Assembly (NCBI RefSeq): GCF_902652985.1 | Contig: NC_047015.1 | Location: 5,828,001 to 5,892,000 of the forward strand | Source of the DNA: Pecten maximus | Lineage: Eukaryota | Length of the DNA: 64,000 bases | Direction of reading: 5' to 3' | Shown here: positions 52,301-64,000 of the stretch, one piece after another | Layout: every line of letters begins with the position of its first letter | Numbering within the stretch: the first letter of the stretch is position 1 | Notes under the pieces: generated by a model | Databases searched by the model: none | What the model was told of the DNA's origin: nothing | What the model saw: the letters and a program-made list of their open reading frames with translations, nothing else | Program-made: the position numbers and the translations under genes

Positions 52301-55300
52301 AAAGTAGAAAAATATGAATGAATGAGTGAAAGCCCTCCTGCGAGAGGACACCTATTGTATTGTATATACATGTATTATGTGTTATATGAATAAAATGTGT
52401 TTTTATCAACAACAACAAAAAAAAAAAAAAAAATTAAGGTTGTCACAAAATGAATCGTGACATCATTATAGTGGTCACATGATCTAATGGTGTTACAGTC
52501 CCACAACATCCATCTAATATTTAGGGCACGTATGCTGTTTTGAGTTTGTTAATTAAGTGCGCAGATTTGAAAAAAAAAAAAAAAAGAAAAAAAAAAAAAA
52601 AAAAGCAGTTGAAAAACCAGCTATGAACCCTTCAGCTGGCTTGGGCCAAAGTTGGATGCTTGCGTTACATGTATAGATCCATGTTCTATGATGGAACGCT
52701 ATGCGATCAAGGGCAATGACGTTTGAAAATGTCCCGCGCGTGAAGATGCCGAAGTGTTAAAAGACAGTTCGTCCTAAAATGTTTTAAATGGATACAGCGA
52801 TTAGGGACTTGTGGACAATATGGCATAAATAAGTCTTGAATAAATACTATCGTCCATAAAAATGGTAATAAATATAGTCCGTATAAAGCCTGTTGTTTCC
52901 TAGGATTGGTCCCTACGACGCCTAGCTATATCAGCTAGTGGTTGTTGTTTCCAAGGATTCGTCCCTACGACGTCTAGCTATATCAGCTTGTAGTTGTTGT
53001 TTCCTCAGATTGGTCCCTACGACGTCTAGCTATATCAGTTTGTGGTTGTTCTTTCCTACAATTGGTCCCTACGACGTCTAGCTATATCATCTTGTGGTTA
53101 TTGTTTCCTACGATTGGTCCCTACGACGTCTAGCTATATCAGTTTGTGGTTGTTGTTTCCTCAGATAGGTCCCTACGAAGTCTTGCTATATCAGCTTGTG
53201 ATTGTTGTTTCCTACAATTGGTCCCTACGACGTCTAGCTATATCATCTTGTGGTTATTGTTTCCTACAATTGGTCCCTACGACGTCTAGCTATATCAGCT
53301 TGTGGTTGTTGTTTCCTACAATTGGTCCCTACGACGCCTAGCTATATCAGCTTGTGGTTGTTGTTTCCTACAATTGGTCCCTACGACGTCTAGCTATATC
53401 AGCCTGTGGTTGTTGTTTCCAAGGATTGGTCCTTGCGACGTCATGCTATATCAGCTTGTGGTTGTTATTTTCTAGGATTGGTCCCTACGACGTCTAGCTA
53501 TATCAGCCTGTGGTTGTTGTTTCCAAGGATTGGTCCTTGCGACGTCTTGCTATATCAGTTTGTGGTTGTTGTTTCCTACAATTTGTCCCTACGACGTCTA
53601 GCTATATCATCTTGTGGTTATTGTTTCCTACAATTGGTCCCTACGACGTCTAGCTATATCAGCGTGTGGTTATTGTTTCAAAGGATTGGTCCCTACGACG
53701 TCTAGCTATATCAGCTTGTGGTTATTGTTTCAAAGGATTGGTCCCTACGACGTCTTGCTATATCATGTTGTGGTTGTTGTTTCACAGAATTGGTCCCTAC
53801 GACGTCTAGCTATATCATCTTGCGGTTGTTGTTTCCAAGGATTGGTCCCTACGACGTCTTGCTATATCAGCTTGTGATTGTTGTTTCCCAGGATTGGTCC
53901 CTACGACGCCTAGCTATATCAGCTTGTGGTTATTGTTTCCAAGGATTGGTCCCTACGACGTCTAGCTATATCATCTTGTGGTTATTGTTTCCTACAATTG
54001 GTCCTTACGACGTCTAGCTATATCAGCTTGTGGTTATTGTTTCCAAGGATTGGTCCCTACGACGTCTTGCTATATCATCTTGTGGTTATTGTTTCCAGCG
54101 ATTGGTCCCTACGACGCCTAGCTATATCAGCTTGTGGTTGTTGTTTCCAACAATTGGTCCCTATGACGTCTAGCTATATCAGCTTGTGGTTATTGTTTCC
54201 AAGGATTGGTCCCGACGACGTCTAGCTATATCAGCTTGTGGTTATTGTTTCCTACAATTGGTCCCTACGACGTCTAGCTATATCAGCTTGTGGTTGTTGT
54301 TTCTCTGGAATGGTCCTTGCGACGTCTTGCTATATCAGTTTGTGGTTGTTGTTTCCAAGGATTGGTCCCTGCGACGTCTAGCTATATCAGCTTGTGGTTG
54401 TTGTTTTCTAGGATTGGTCCCTACGACGTATAGCTATATCAGCTTGTGGTTGTTGTTTCCTACAATTGGTCCCTACGACGTCTAGCTATATCAGCTTGTG
54501 GTTATTTTTTCCAAGGATTGGTTCCTACGACGTCTAGCTATATCAGCTTATGGTTGTAGTTTCTAAGGATTGGTTTCTACGACGTCTAGCTATATCAGCT
54601 TGTGGATGTTGTTTCCCAGGATTGGTCCCTACGACGTCTAGCTATATCAGCTTGTGGTTGTTGTTTCCCAGGATTGGTCCCTACGACGTCTTGCTATATC
54701 AGCTTGTGGTTGTTATTTTCTAGGATTGGTCCCTACGACGTCTAGCTATATCAGCTTGAGGTTATTGTTTCCAAGGATTGGTCCCTACGACGTATAGCTA
54801 TATCATCTTGTGGTTATTGTTTCCAACGATTGGTCCCTACGACGTCTAGCTATATCAGCTTGTGGTTGTAGTTTCTAAGGATTGGTTTCTACGACGTCTA
54901 GCTATATCAGCTTGTGGTTGTTGTTTCCCAGGATTGGTCCCTACGACGTCTTGCTATATCATCTTGTGGTTATTGTTTCCAGCGATTGGCCCTACGACGC
55001 CTAGCTATATCAGCTTGTGGTTGTTGTTTCCAACAATTGGTCCCTATGACGTCTAGCTATATCAGCTTGTGGTTATTGTTTCCAAGGATTGGTCCCGACG
55101 ACGTCTAGCTATATCAGCTTGTGGTTATTGTTTCCTACAATTGGTCCCTACGACGATTAGCTATATCAGCTTGTGGTTGTTGTTTCTCTGGAATGGTCCT
55201 TGCGACGTCTTGCTATATCAGTTTGTGGTTGTTGTTTCCAAGGATTGGTCCCTGCGACGTCTAGCTATATCAGCTTGTGGTTGTTGTTTTCTAGGATTGG

Positions 55301-58300
55301 TCCCTACGACGTATAGCTATATCAGCTTGTGGTTGTTGTTTCCTACAATTGGTCCCTACGACGTCTAGCTATATCAGCTTGTGGTTATTTTTTCCAAGGA
55401 TTGGTTCCTACGACGTATAGCTATATCAGCTTGTGGTTGTAGTTTCTAAGGATTGGTTTCTACGACGTCTAGCTATATCAGCTTGTGGATGTTGTTTCCC
55501 AGGATTGGTCCCAACGACGTCTAGCTATATCAGCTTGTGGTTATTGTTTCCAAGGATTGGTCCCTACGACGTCTAGCTTTATCAGCTTGTGGTTGTTGAT
55601 TCTTCTACGACATCTAGCTATATCAGCTTGTGGTTGTTGTTTTTCTGGAATGGTCCTTGCGACGTCTTGCTATATCAGTTTGTGGTTATTGGTTCCAAGG
55701 ATTGGTCCCTACGACGTCTAGCTATATCAGCTTGTGGTTATTGTTTCCAAGGATTGGTCCCTACGACGTCTAGCTATATCATCTTGTGGTTATTGTTTCC
55801 AAGGATTTGTCCCTACGACGTCTAGCTATATCAGCTTGTGGTTATTGTTTCCTCTTCGACGTCTAGCTATATCAGCTTGTGGTTATTGTTTCCTCTACGA
55901 CGTCTAGCTATATCAGCTTGTGGTTATTGTTTCCAAGGATTGGTCCCTACGACTTCTAGCTATATCATCTTGTGGTTATTGTTTCCTCTACGACGTCTAG
56001 CTATATCAGCTTGTGGTTATTGTTTTCTACAATTGGTCCCTACGACGTCTAGCTATATCATCTTGTGGTTATTGTTTCCTACAATTGGTCCCTACGGCGT
56101 CTAGCTATATCAGCTTGTGATTGTTGTTTCCTACAATTGGTCCCTACGACGTCTAGCTATATCATCTTGTGGTTATTGTTTCCTACAATTGGTCCCTACG
56201 ACGTCTAGCTATATCAGCTTGTGGTTGTTGTTTCCTACAATTGGTCCCTACGACGCCTAGCTATATCAGCTTGTGGTTGTTGTTTCCTACAATTGGTCCC
56301 TACGACGTCTAGCTATATCAGCTTGTGGTTATTGTTTCCAAGGATTGGTCCCTACGACGCCTAGCTATATCATCTTGTGGTTGTTATTTTCTAGGATTGG
56401 TCCCTACGACGCCTAGCTATATCAGCTTGTGGTTATTGTTTCCAACGATTGGTCCCTACGAGGCCTAGCTATATCAGCTTGTGGTTGTTGTTTCCTACAA
56501 TTGGTCCCTACGACGTCTAGCCATATCATCTTGTGGTTATTGTTTCCTACAATTGGTCCCTACGACGTCCAGCCATATCATCTTGTGGTTGTTGTTTCCT
56601 CTACGACGTCTAGCTATATCAGCTTGTGGTTGTTGTTTCCTACAATTGGTCCCTACGACGTCTAGCTATATAAGGGTGTGGTTGCGGTTTTCTAGGATTT
56701 CATTCCGACGTTTGATCACAGGTTCACTGATACTTTCCATAGTTTTCGAAATATGAGTAAAGAAAGTTTGCTTTCGTTCCCAGATTTTGAAGGATTTTTC
56801 CTCTTCTGTAGAGATTCCTTGATCCACATTTATTTTAGTTTTTCCGAAATATGTACAGTAGAAATATTTAGAGAATTTCTTCATCCGTGAATATATCCAA
56901 CTCTTTATAAGCTTCATGGTATCTGACATGTTTTCTTTCGATGTTTTTCTATCGGTCCGGAAACTTTGGACAGTAAGCTCGAAACGCAATTTTGTCTCGT
57001 CCGTTGGTTCACCTTTGAATTCCTTAATCATTCCAGTTGTACACAATTCTTTACGTTTGAGAGTACGTTTTATTCTTGCATAAGTCCTAAGAAAGCTGTT
57101 TCCTCTTGATTAGTTGTTTTCTCAACAATGGTAGAATTGATTTTCTTTTTGTGGGTTTAACTGTGGTTGAACGAGTGTTTATAACTCCAGAAAAATCACG
57201 TATGCGTTCCAATATATATTTATATATATAACATAGTAACACAACTGACGAAGGAAGACAACTTTATGATTAGTGCCCTGACCGGGCCTCGAACTCACGA
57301 TCTACGGCACCCAATCGCCTTGCCAGAAATACCCGCAGCTTATACCGTTGCGCCACATCGGTGTTCTTAAAAAAAACGTGACATAATCATAGTGGAAGTC
57401 GTTTATTAGATGATATGACTACCTGGATTGCAATGTATTTACATACATGGATACGAATTGTTCTTCGGATCACCAACACTTCGTCAGTTGTGTTACTATG
57501 TTGCATATCAAATAATTAGCACAATGTATAATATGCACTATGTGTTGGTGATCCGAAGATAAAGATTTGAACTTCCTCTCGTAGTTGCACTGTGATGAAT
57601 ATATATATATATACATATATAGATAAAACCCGTAAAGTTTTAGTGTTGTGGTTATTCACTGATGCCAAAGACCTACTTTACGCCATAATCCGAAACCGAA
57701 CCAATCTGAAGTTGAACATTGTCTTCTGGCATAAGTAAGCAACACTAAACTTAGCGGTTATACTTGGAATCTGTTTCGAACGAAATAGCCCTGGAATCGT
57801 TGTCGACTAATGTCAAGACGCCTTTCATTTAGAATTTAAGAGCTGATATTCTTATAAAAATGAAGTCCAATCGATAGAAACACCAGCGTCTAATCGGCGT
57901 AATACCCATTTAACGCCTAATCGCCTGTCAATAATAACAGTTTATGATTACACAGAAGAACGACTTTAACTTCATCAGACATTATACAATTGTGAACAAT
58001 TTTACGATATCTATACACGTGTGTAAAGTATATAGTAGGGCTTAATTGGTTATAAATCAATTTTTTGAGTGTGTCGACAAACGATGATTGGAGGAACTAT
58101 ATTATTAATATTTCGTCTGGATAATTCGGGTGTTCTTGAGCTTACTGTCATCATTCAAAGGATAAGTGGGGCATTGCCTCAATAAAATAAACCTATGTCA
58201 ATGCAAATATAAGCATTGAACGGGCTCCATTTCATTAATCTGTCACCAAGTTTGTATTCCTAGCAGTTATAAAAGTTCAATTCTTAATTAAATATAGAGT

Positions 58301-61300
58301 AAATATAGAGAATATATGGTCAATGTCTTGAAATATGGGCTGTGGTTTGGCGAGGATAAATAAAGACAAAAGTGAAGATCCTTGGCGAGCCACTTTTTGT
58401 TTTCTGTCCTGAGCCAAAAATACAATTTATATTTTAATACACTGACAATGCCTTCTATTTATCCTGCAACATTCATCAAAAATAGGCATTTTAAAGTGAA
58501 ATGGTATCAACAATGTTCCAAACATGTTCGCCTTTTAAACGTTGTTTCACTTGGAAGTAGGTCAGTGGAATTGACACACATGCTAAGATTCTAAAATACA
58601 GCTGTTTTCCGTCACTGTCGAATACAGCAAAAATATATATGGTGGATGCGGATGACAGCTGCAGAATAATAATACCCTGTATACACTTCATTATATACAG
58701 GATCTTAAATAGATTTTCATTTCCTCGTCAAACCTCGAAAGAACAAAAATCTTGAAAGAATCGTTTCATAAAGTAAAAGTCGTATATGAAATGGGAACTT
58801 TGAAACACATTTTTTACCACATACTTCAGAAGCTCAGACAGAGGCAATCATTTTGTTGATTTTAATTCAAATTCAAATTCAATTAAAATTATATAACTAT
58901 TTATACTATATGTAATACTAAATACCCTCATTACAATATATTAAAGATATTATCATGTATACCGTCAATTGCCCTTTATTCTACATACAATACATGACCC
59001 CCAAATACACTATATTACAATATTTCAGAAATACCACCATCTACATTTTATTTTGCAATTGATACAACATTACCCAATGTAAATAATCTATCCTGATGTT
59101 GTTCCTACAGTACAATGTGTGGGGTGTTTGTTGTCCTGATGACGCTATCAACCTTGTTCGATGTTATGTACAATCAGCACCAGAACAAACCTAACGAGAC
59201 GGCCCCGCAGGAGAATGGAGTTTCTCCAGAGAGTAAATACCAGGTTAACGGGGACGTGAAACCTACAAAACCGAAACAACCAGGTATGATGTTCTGTTGG
59301 AATGAAGCTTTGACCTCACTTAGAATCTTTGAAATAGATAAAATGTATTTTTAATATTTTTGTACTGATTCCCCGTTTTCAGTCTCCAACGTGGTGCATT
59401 ACATATTTATAAAGAGCGGAACATACGCTACATATGTATATTATAAAAATGCCTACGCTCCTATCAGGAATAAATCTATGCTTGGTTTAGAAAATGAATT
59501 TAGGTAGATTTCACGCAAAAAATGACGTTGCCGATCGTCAACATAACAATTTTCTTCTAACACTTCTTAACAATCAAATCATAGTCATGCTGCTATAAGA
59601 ACGAAGAGCACTAAAATCAACGATTAGATTTCACTGAGGACTGTGATGTATTTCAATTAGGACTGTGATACATTATCACTAAGTACTGGGATACATTATT
59701 ACTAAGGACTGGGATACATTATCACTAAGGACTGGGATACATTATCACTAAGGACTGGGAGGTATTTTACTAAGGACTGGGATACATTATCACTAAGGAC
59801 TGGGAGATATTTTACTAAGGACTGGGATACATTATCACTAAGGACTGGGATACATCATCACTAAGGATTGGGATACATTATCACTAAGGACTGGGATACA
59901 TTATCACTAAGGACTGGGATACATTATCATCAAGGACTGGGATACATCATCACTAAGGACTCGGATACATTATCACTAAGGACTGGGATACATTATCACT
60001 AAGGACTGGGATACATTATCACTAACGACTGGGATACATCATCACTAAGGATTGGGATACATTATCACTAAGGACTGGGATACATTATCACTAAGGACTG
60101 GGATACATTATCACTAAGGACTGGGATACATTATCACTAAGGACTGGGATACATTATCACTAAGGCCTGGGATACATTATCACTAAGGACTGGGATACAT
60201 TATCACTAAGGACTGGGATACATCATCACTAAGGATTGGGATACATTATCACTAAGGCCTGGGATACATTATCACTAAGGACTGGGATACATTATCACTA
60301 AGGACTGGGATGTTTCCTAAGGGGGATTTTCAAAGGACGGGGGGTTTTCTGGCATTTTTTGGGGTTTTCCTTTTAATAAAAAAAATCAAATTTTTAGTTT
60401 TTTTGTTTCCAGCAGGGGGGCGGGGATACATTTTCTGGTAAACAATTTCCCAAAATTTTTGATGAACAAAAAGGGAGGGCCCTTTGATTTTAAAGGGAAT
60501 TCTTCCATATTTTTTCCAAAAAAAACCCCAAAAATTTTGTTAAAAAGGGGTGGAAAAAAAATTGGGGTTTTTCCGGGGGGCCCTGGGGGGGGTTTTGGGG
60601 GGGGAATTTCTCTGTCCTTTCCCGAAGGTGGGCAAAAACCCCCGGGGGTGGGAAAGGTTTCCTACCCCCTGGGGAGGGGGACTATCCCGGGTTTTGGAAA
60701 TTCTTTAAAAGGAAAGGGGGGAATTACCCCGGGGGGGTCTTTTGGACTCCTCGGGTTGGGGGGGGGTGAATCAAATGGGTTTGGAAGTTCTCTGCCCCCC
60801 CCCCCCGGGGGAAACCCGGGGGACATATCCCGAGGGCGGGAACACCCCCCTTTAAAAAGGGGTTTTCCCCAGGGGAAGGTTTTTTTGGGGGGGTTGGGGA
60901 AATTTTTCCCCCCCTTTTTTTATCATTTCGGGTTAAAAATTTCTTGACAAAAGGTTTTGGGGGGGGAAGTCTTTAAAGGGGGGAAAAAAATAACTCGGGG
61001 GGAAAAAAAACCCCCACTCCAAAAATTAAGAGTGAAAAACAAATCACATCAAAGGTAAAAATAATTCGGGGTGCCCAAAAAATCTCTAGGGGGGGGTAAA
61101 AAACCCAAAAAGTGCGAAAAAATCCTAGAGGGGCAAAAACACTTTTTAAAAAGGGGAAAAAAAAAACAGATGAAAAAAAAAAAGTAAAAAACTTTTCGCA
61201 GAAAAAAAAACTTTTTGGGTTTTTTTGAACAATCACCTAGGAAAACTTCTCGGGGGCTTTTTAACCGGGAAAATAAAAAAAAAATTATGGGGGTTTTTTT

Positions 61301-64000
61301 TAAAAATTAAAAAAAAATTCCCCGGGAAAAACTTTTTTGGGGTTTTTGGGAAAATTGCCCTGGAATAGGAAATTTGGTTTCCTTTGAAATTAAATAAAAT
61401 TAAAATTTTTTCAAAAGTAATTTTTCCCCACTTCTTTTTAAAAAAGGGGGGGTTCGGGGTTTATTTTAAAAGGAAAAAAGAAGAGGGGGAAACTGGTTTG
61501 CTACCCCCCAAGGGGGATACCAATTTTTTATACTGGAAAAATTTTTTTAAAATTTTAAATAAAGATTAACACCCAAAGATAAAAGAAAGGGGCGGAAAAA
61601 CGTCTTTTTTTCCCAAGGGGTAGGATACCCGTATATGGGGAAAAGATTTTATTTAATTTAAAATTTAACCCCCGAAAAAAAGAAAACTTTTTTTTAAAAT
61701 TAAATATTAAAGCGAAGATAAACAAACCTTTTTTTTTTTGGGTTTACCAAAACAGTTAAATTTTTGTATACGACGACCTTCCTTTTTGAGGGAAAATAAG
61801 GGGAATTTAAAACCCCTTTTTAATAGGGTGGACAACCCCTCATTAACAATTTTCGGGGGGAAAATGGTTTTTCAAAAAAGGTTTTTGAATTTGGAAATTC
61901 CTTTAAAATAATATTTTTTTAAAATCCAATTTTTTTTCCATTTTCGGGGGGGGGGTTTGGGAAAAAAGGGTTTTAAACTGTCCCTCCCCCTTTCCCCCTT
62001 TTTTTGTAATTATTTTTTTTTTTTTTTTCCCTTTTTTCCCTTTATTAAAAAAAAAATTTAAAGAATGCCTTTAAAACGGGTATTTGCCGTTTTAAATTTT
62101 TTTTCCCCCCTTTAACTTATTTAACCAGAAAAATTTCCAAGCCTTTTTTAAAACTCAAAAAAATTCCTTTATCAATTTACCTTACTTCATTTAAAATGCA
62201 ACTCCAATTTTACAAATTTCAACAAACACCTTTTTTAAAGCCCCCCAAATTTTAATTGTCCCCCCCCTTGGGTTTTCCCTATAATATTATAAAAGACTTA
62301 AAATTTTTAATATGTCACCACCACTTTTTACCAAAAAAACTTTTTTTATTTTTTTAAAAATTACAAACTTACCATTTTTTAATTTTTACGTACATTTTAA
62401 ATTGTCAACTTGCCCAAATTTTAAATTTAAAAATTTCCCCTTTATAAATGTAAAATTTTTCCAAATTTAAAATTATAAATTTTAAATTTAAATTATAAAA
62501 ACTTCCATTTATTAATATTCACACTTGAACCTATTTTCAATATGCCCAAACTTATCTATATTTATCAAATTTAAAATATTTTAAATTAACCCCCCATTTA
62601 TAAATTCACATTGACCTACTTTTATAAATGTCACACTTGCCACATTTAATATGTCACACTTATTACATTTATCAATTAAACCGACCACATTTATCAATAG
62701 TCACACTTGACTATTTTAAATATGAAAACCCTTTTAAAAAACCCCTTTTTTTCCCCTTTGATCACATTATCAATGCCACTTGACCTCCCATTTTTTTTTT
62801 TACCAACTTACCCCCCAAATTAAAAATTGCCCTTTTCTTTTTATTATTCCATTCCCCATTTAAATATGCACCTTCCCTTTTAAAAACACCCTACATACAA
62901 TAGCCCCCTTTTTTACTACCATTTTTTTAATATGAAAACCCTTTTTCCCATTTAATATGTTACATTGCTTCCCTTATAAATTTCCCCCCTTGATTTCTTG
63001 CTTCTTTGTTTTTGGGTCCAAAAGAGGTTTTTTTTCTTTGGCCTTATTGGGGATCACAATAGCTACCGGAGTTATATCAGCGCACTACGAGCTATATCCG
63101 TCCATGTTTACTGGTGACTTTGCACAAATGTCAGTAGCAGTACATATATACACACTATACTGATGTAACTGGTCAATTAGTTATTAAAACACTCAGTCAG
63201 TAGTTCGCCTGTGCTTAGGTTCGTCATTTTACTCCTTGATATTCAAATAGTTCCATAAAAACAGGCAGTTCCTCCCACTCTCTAACTCTAAATTTTCATA
63301 TTTTTTGTGCAGGAGTTAGCTTTATTTCTTTTTCAACGTACATGTCTTCAAATAAGTTAATCAGTGACAATATCACCATTAGTTAAGGTGACAGTTCTAT
63401 AGAGACAATATCCCCGTCAGTTTATGTGACAGTTTTATACTGACAATATCCCCGTCAGTTTATGTGACAGTTTTATACTGACAATATCCCCGTCAGTTTA
63501 TGTGACAGTTTTATACTGACAATATCCACGTCAGTTTATGTGACAGTTTTTTAGTGACAATATCCCCGTCAGTTTATGTGACAGTTTTAAAGTGACAATA
63601 TCCCCGTCAGTTTATGTGACAGTTTTTTAGTGACAATATCCACGTCAGTTTATGTGACAGTTTTATAGTGACAATATCCCCGTCAGTTTATGTGACAGTT
63701 TTATAGTGACAATATCCCCGTCAGTTTATGTGACAGTTTTATAGTGACAATATCCCCGTCAGTTGATGTGACAGTTTTATAGTGACAATATCCCCCGTCA
63801 GTTTATGTGACAGTTTTATAATGACACTATCCCCGTCAGTTAATGTGACTGTTTTGTAGTGACAATATCCCCGTCAGTTAATGTGACAGTTTTATAGTGA
63901 CAATATCCCCGTCAGTTTATGTGACAGTTTTATAGTGACAATATCCCCGTCAGTTTATTTGACAGTTTTGTAGTGACAATATCCCCGTCAGTTTATTTGA
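39783..64000 (+). CDS. nrf-6-like: NRF-6 / O-acyltransferase-like protein, copy B (multi-exon; continues past the window end; middle exons unreadable)
   Basis: Signal peptide, NRF domain (WAIKMIDASGKIPSGLLEGN..WPGSYDECL, GQYC, GVCMPDSC), phase-compatible exons; downstream exons paralogous to copy A. Confidence 0.9.
40649..41174 (-). mobile_element. 5'-truncated non-LTR retroelement 3' fragment
   Basis: (GAAAT)n tail, AATAAA and AGGCTAAGCCT stem-loop shared with 14963-18082; CTGTTTATCACTGTC on both sides (40634-40648, 41175-41189). Confidence 0.65.
41991..43172. mobile_element. Non-autonomous element ending in a 138-bp palindrome
   Basis: Interrupts the minisatellite; ATTTACATTC/GAATGTAAAT inverted pair (41991, 43018); near-perfect hairpin 43032-43169; homology to 4400-5090. 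Confidence 0.65.
44699..44847 (+). CDS. Copy B exon 2 (MIDASGKIPSGLLEGNMVWPGSYDECL...GQYCTATLSLASIL)
   Basis: ttacag acceptor, TTG|gtaata donor, NRF domain motif. Confidence 0.92.
44962..47625. repeat. 36-bp minisatellite (CACATTACCCAGACCAGCCTTCCAATCGTCCCTATA)n
   Basis: Tandem array containing a duplicated exon-end block at 47353-47490. Confidence 0.96.
47732..47831 (+). CDS. Copy B exon 3 (GSIFPMAAGLDLRMGVCMPDSCTAPETKTVLNT)
   Basis: caacag acceptor, C|gtaagc donor, G.C.P.SC NRF motif. Confidence 0.88.
47884..47950. repeat. 16-bp tandem repeat x4 (TGTAATATTCGCGGTA)
   Basis: Visible directly. Confidence 0.9.
49014..49110 (+). CDS. Copy B exon 4 (LFGLLPLGENKLQASKIQCSERAEYDDLAIGG)
   Basis: aag acceptor, CT|gtaagt donor; phases match both neighbouring exons. 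Confidence 0.8.
49710..52433 (+). mobile_element. 5'-truncated L1/Tx1-like LINE (degenerate ORF2 C-terminal half, ~1-kb 3'UTR, polyA)
   Basis: ISQLADD, FGSLSGLILNREKT, LTMIGRVQIVKSLLLPQ, YIWEGK, FKNWIDSGI, KFLNKILPT, C-terminal CNYC..EDYEHYFIKC; AATAAA at 52389 and A-tail 52417-52433. Confidence 0.9.
52890..56690. repeat. 52-bp minisatellite (GGATTGGTCCCTACGACGTCTAGCTATATCAGCTTGTGGTTGTTGTTTCCAA)n
   Basis: ~3.8-kb array; a single unit at ~3330-3375 in the paralogous intron. Confidence 0.97.
57224..57600 (-). mobile_element. tRNA-containing interspersed repeat flanked by (TA)n
   Basis: Same ends as 38301-38530; A and B boxes; internal hairpin TCTTCGGATCACCAACAC...GTGTTGGTGATCCGAAGA. Confidence 0.7.
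59111..59283 (+). CDS. Copy B exon 5
   Basis: Paralogue of 5909-6081 with the same splice sites. Confidence 0.9.
59630..60310. repeat. 23-bp minisatellite, copy B
   Basis: Same unit as 6383-9300. Confidence 0.95.
60311..63035. other. Low-quality, homopolymer-inflated consensus of the middle of gene copy B (probable sequencing or assembly artefact)
   Basis: Abrupt switch to homopolymer runs while ghost matches to copy A 9300-19290 remain in collinear order. Confidence 0.85.
63038..63129 (+). CDS. Copy B exon, readable 3' part (LALLGITIATGVISAHYELYPSMFTGDFAQ)
   Basis: Paralogue of 19258-19383; AT|gtcagt donor. Confidence 0.8.
63362..64000. repeat. 38-bp minisatellite, copy B
   Basis: Same unit as 19610-23670. 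Confidence 0.95.

Noticed and set aside
53042-56756. Series of ~99-aa repetitive ORFs
   Set aside because: By-products of the 52-bp array
60459-61569. Gly/Lys/Phe/Pro-rich ORFs
   Set aside because: Codons GGG/AAA/TTT/CCC arise from homopolymer-inflated low-quality sequence

Overview
Eukaryotic, AT-rich, intron-containing animal genomic DNA. The repeat and TE landscape suggests a mollusc, probably a bivalve, but that is inference only. The window holds two tandem + strand paralogues of an NRF-6/O-acyltransferase-like gene (NRF domain plus Acyl_transf_3). Copy A lacks its 5' exons, runs 5909-27025 and has two exons duplicated across a 100-N gap. Copy B starts at ATG 39783 and runs past the window end, with a garbled low-quality stretch at about 60310-63035. 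Most long introns are filled by their own minisatellite (13, 23, 26, 27, 29, 36, 38, 39 and 52 bp units), and these account for most long ORFs in the track. Between the genes lies a full-length but mutated Ty3/Gypsy LTR retrotransposon (28248-35691, - strand) carrying an extra SGNH/GDSL-hydrolase-like ORF upstream of gag. Other mobile DNA: a Penelope-like RT relic containing a TTAA-flanked MITE, a 3.1-kb ORF1-only non-LTR element, a 5'-truncated L1/Tx1-like LINE with an 89-bp flanking duplication and probable 3' transduction, a repeat with an internal tRNA-like module, and several MITEs. The most interesting signals are the SGNH-bearing Gypsy element, the ORF1-only retroelement with a covarying 3' stem-loop, an in-frame 87-bp tandem amplification of a splice acceptor, and a minisatellite apparently born from Penelope-associated sequence. 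All coordinates and alignments were read by eye.
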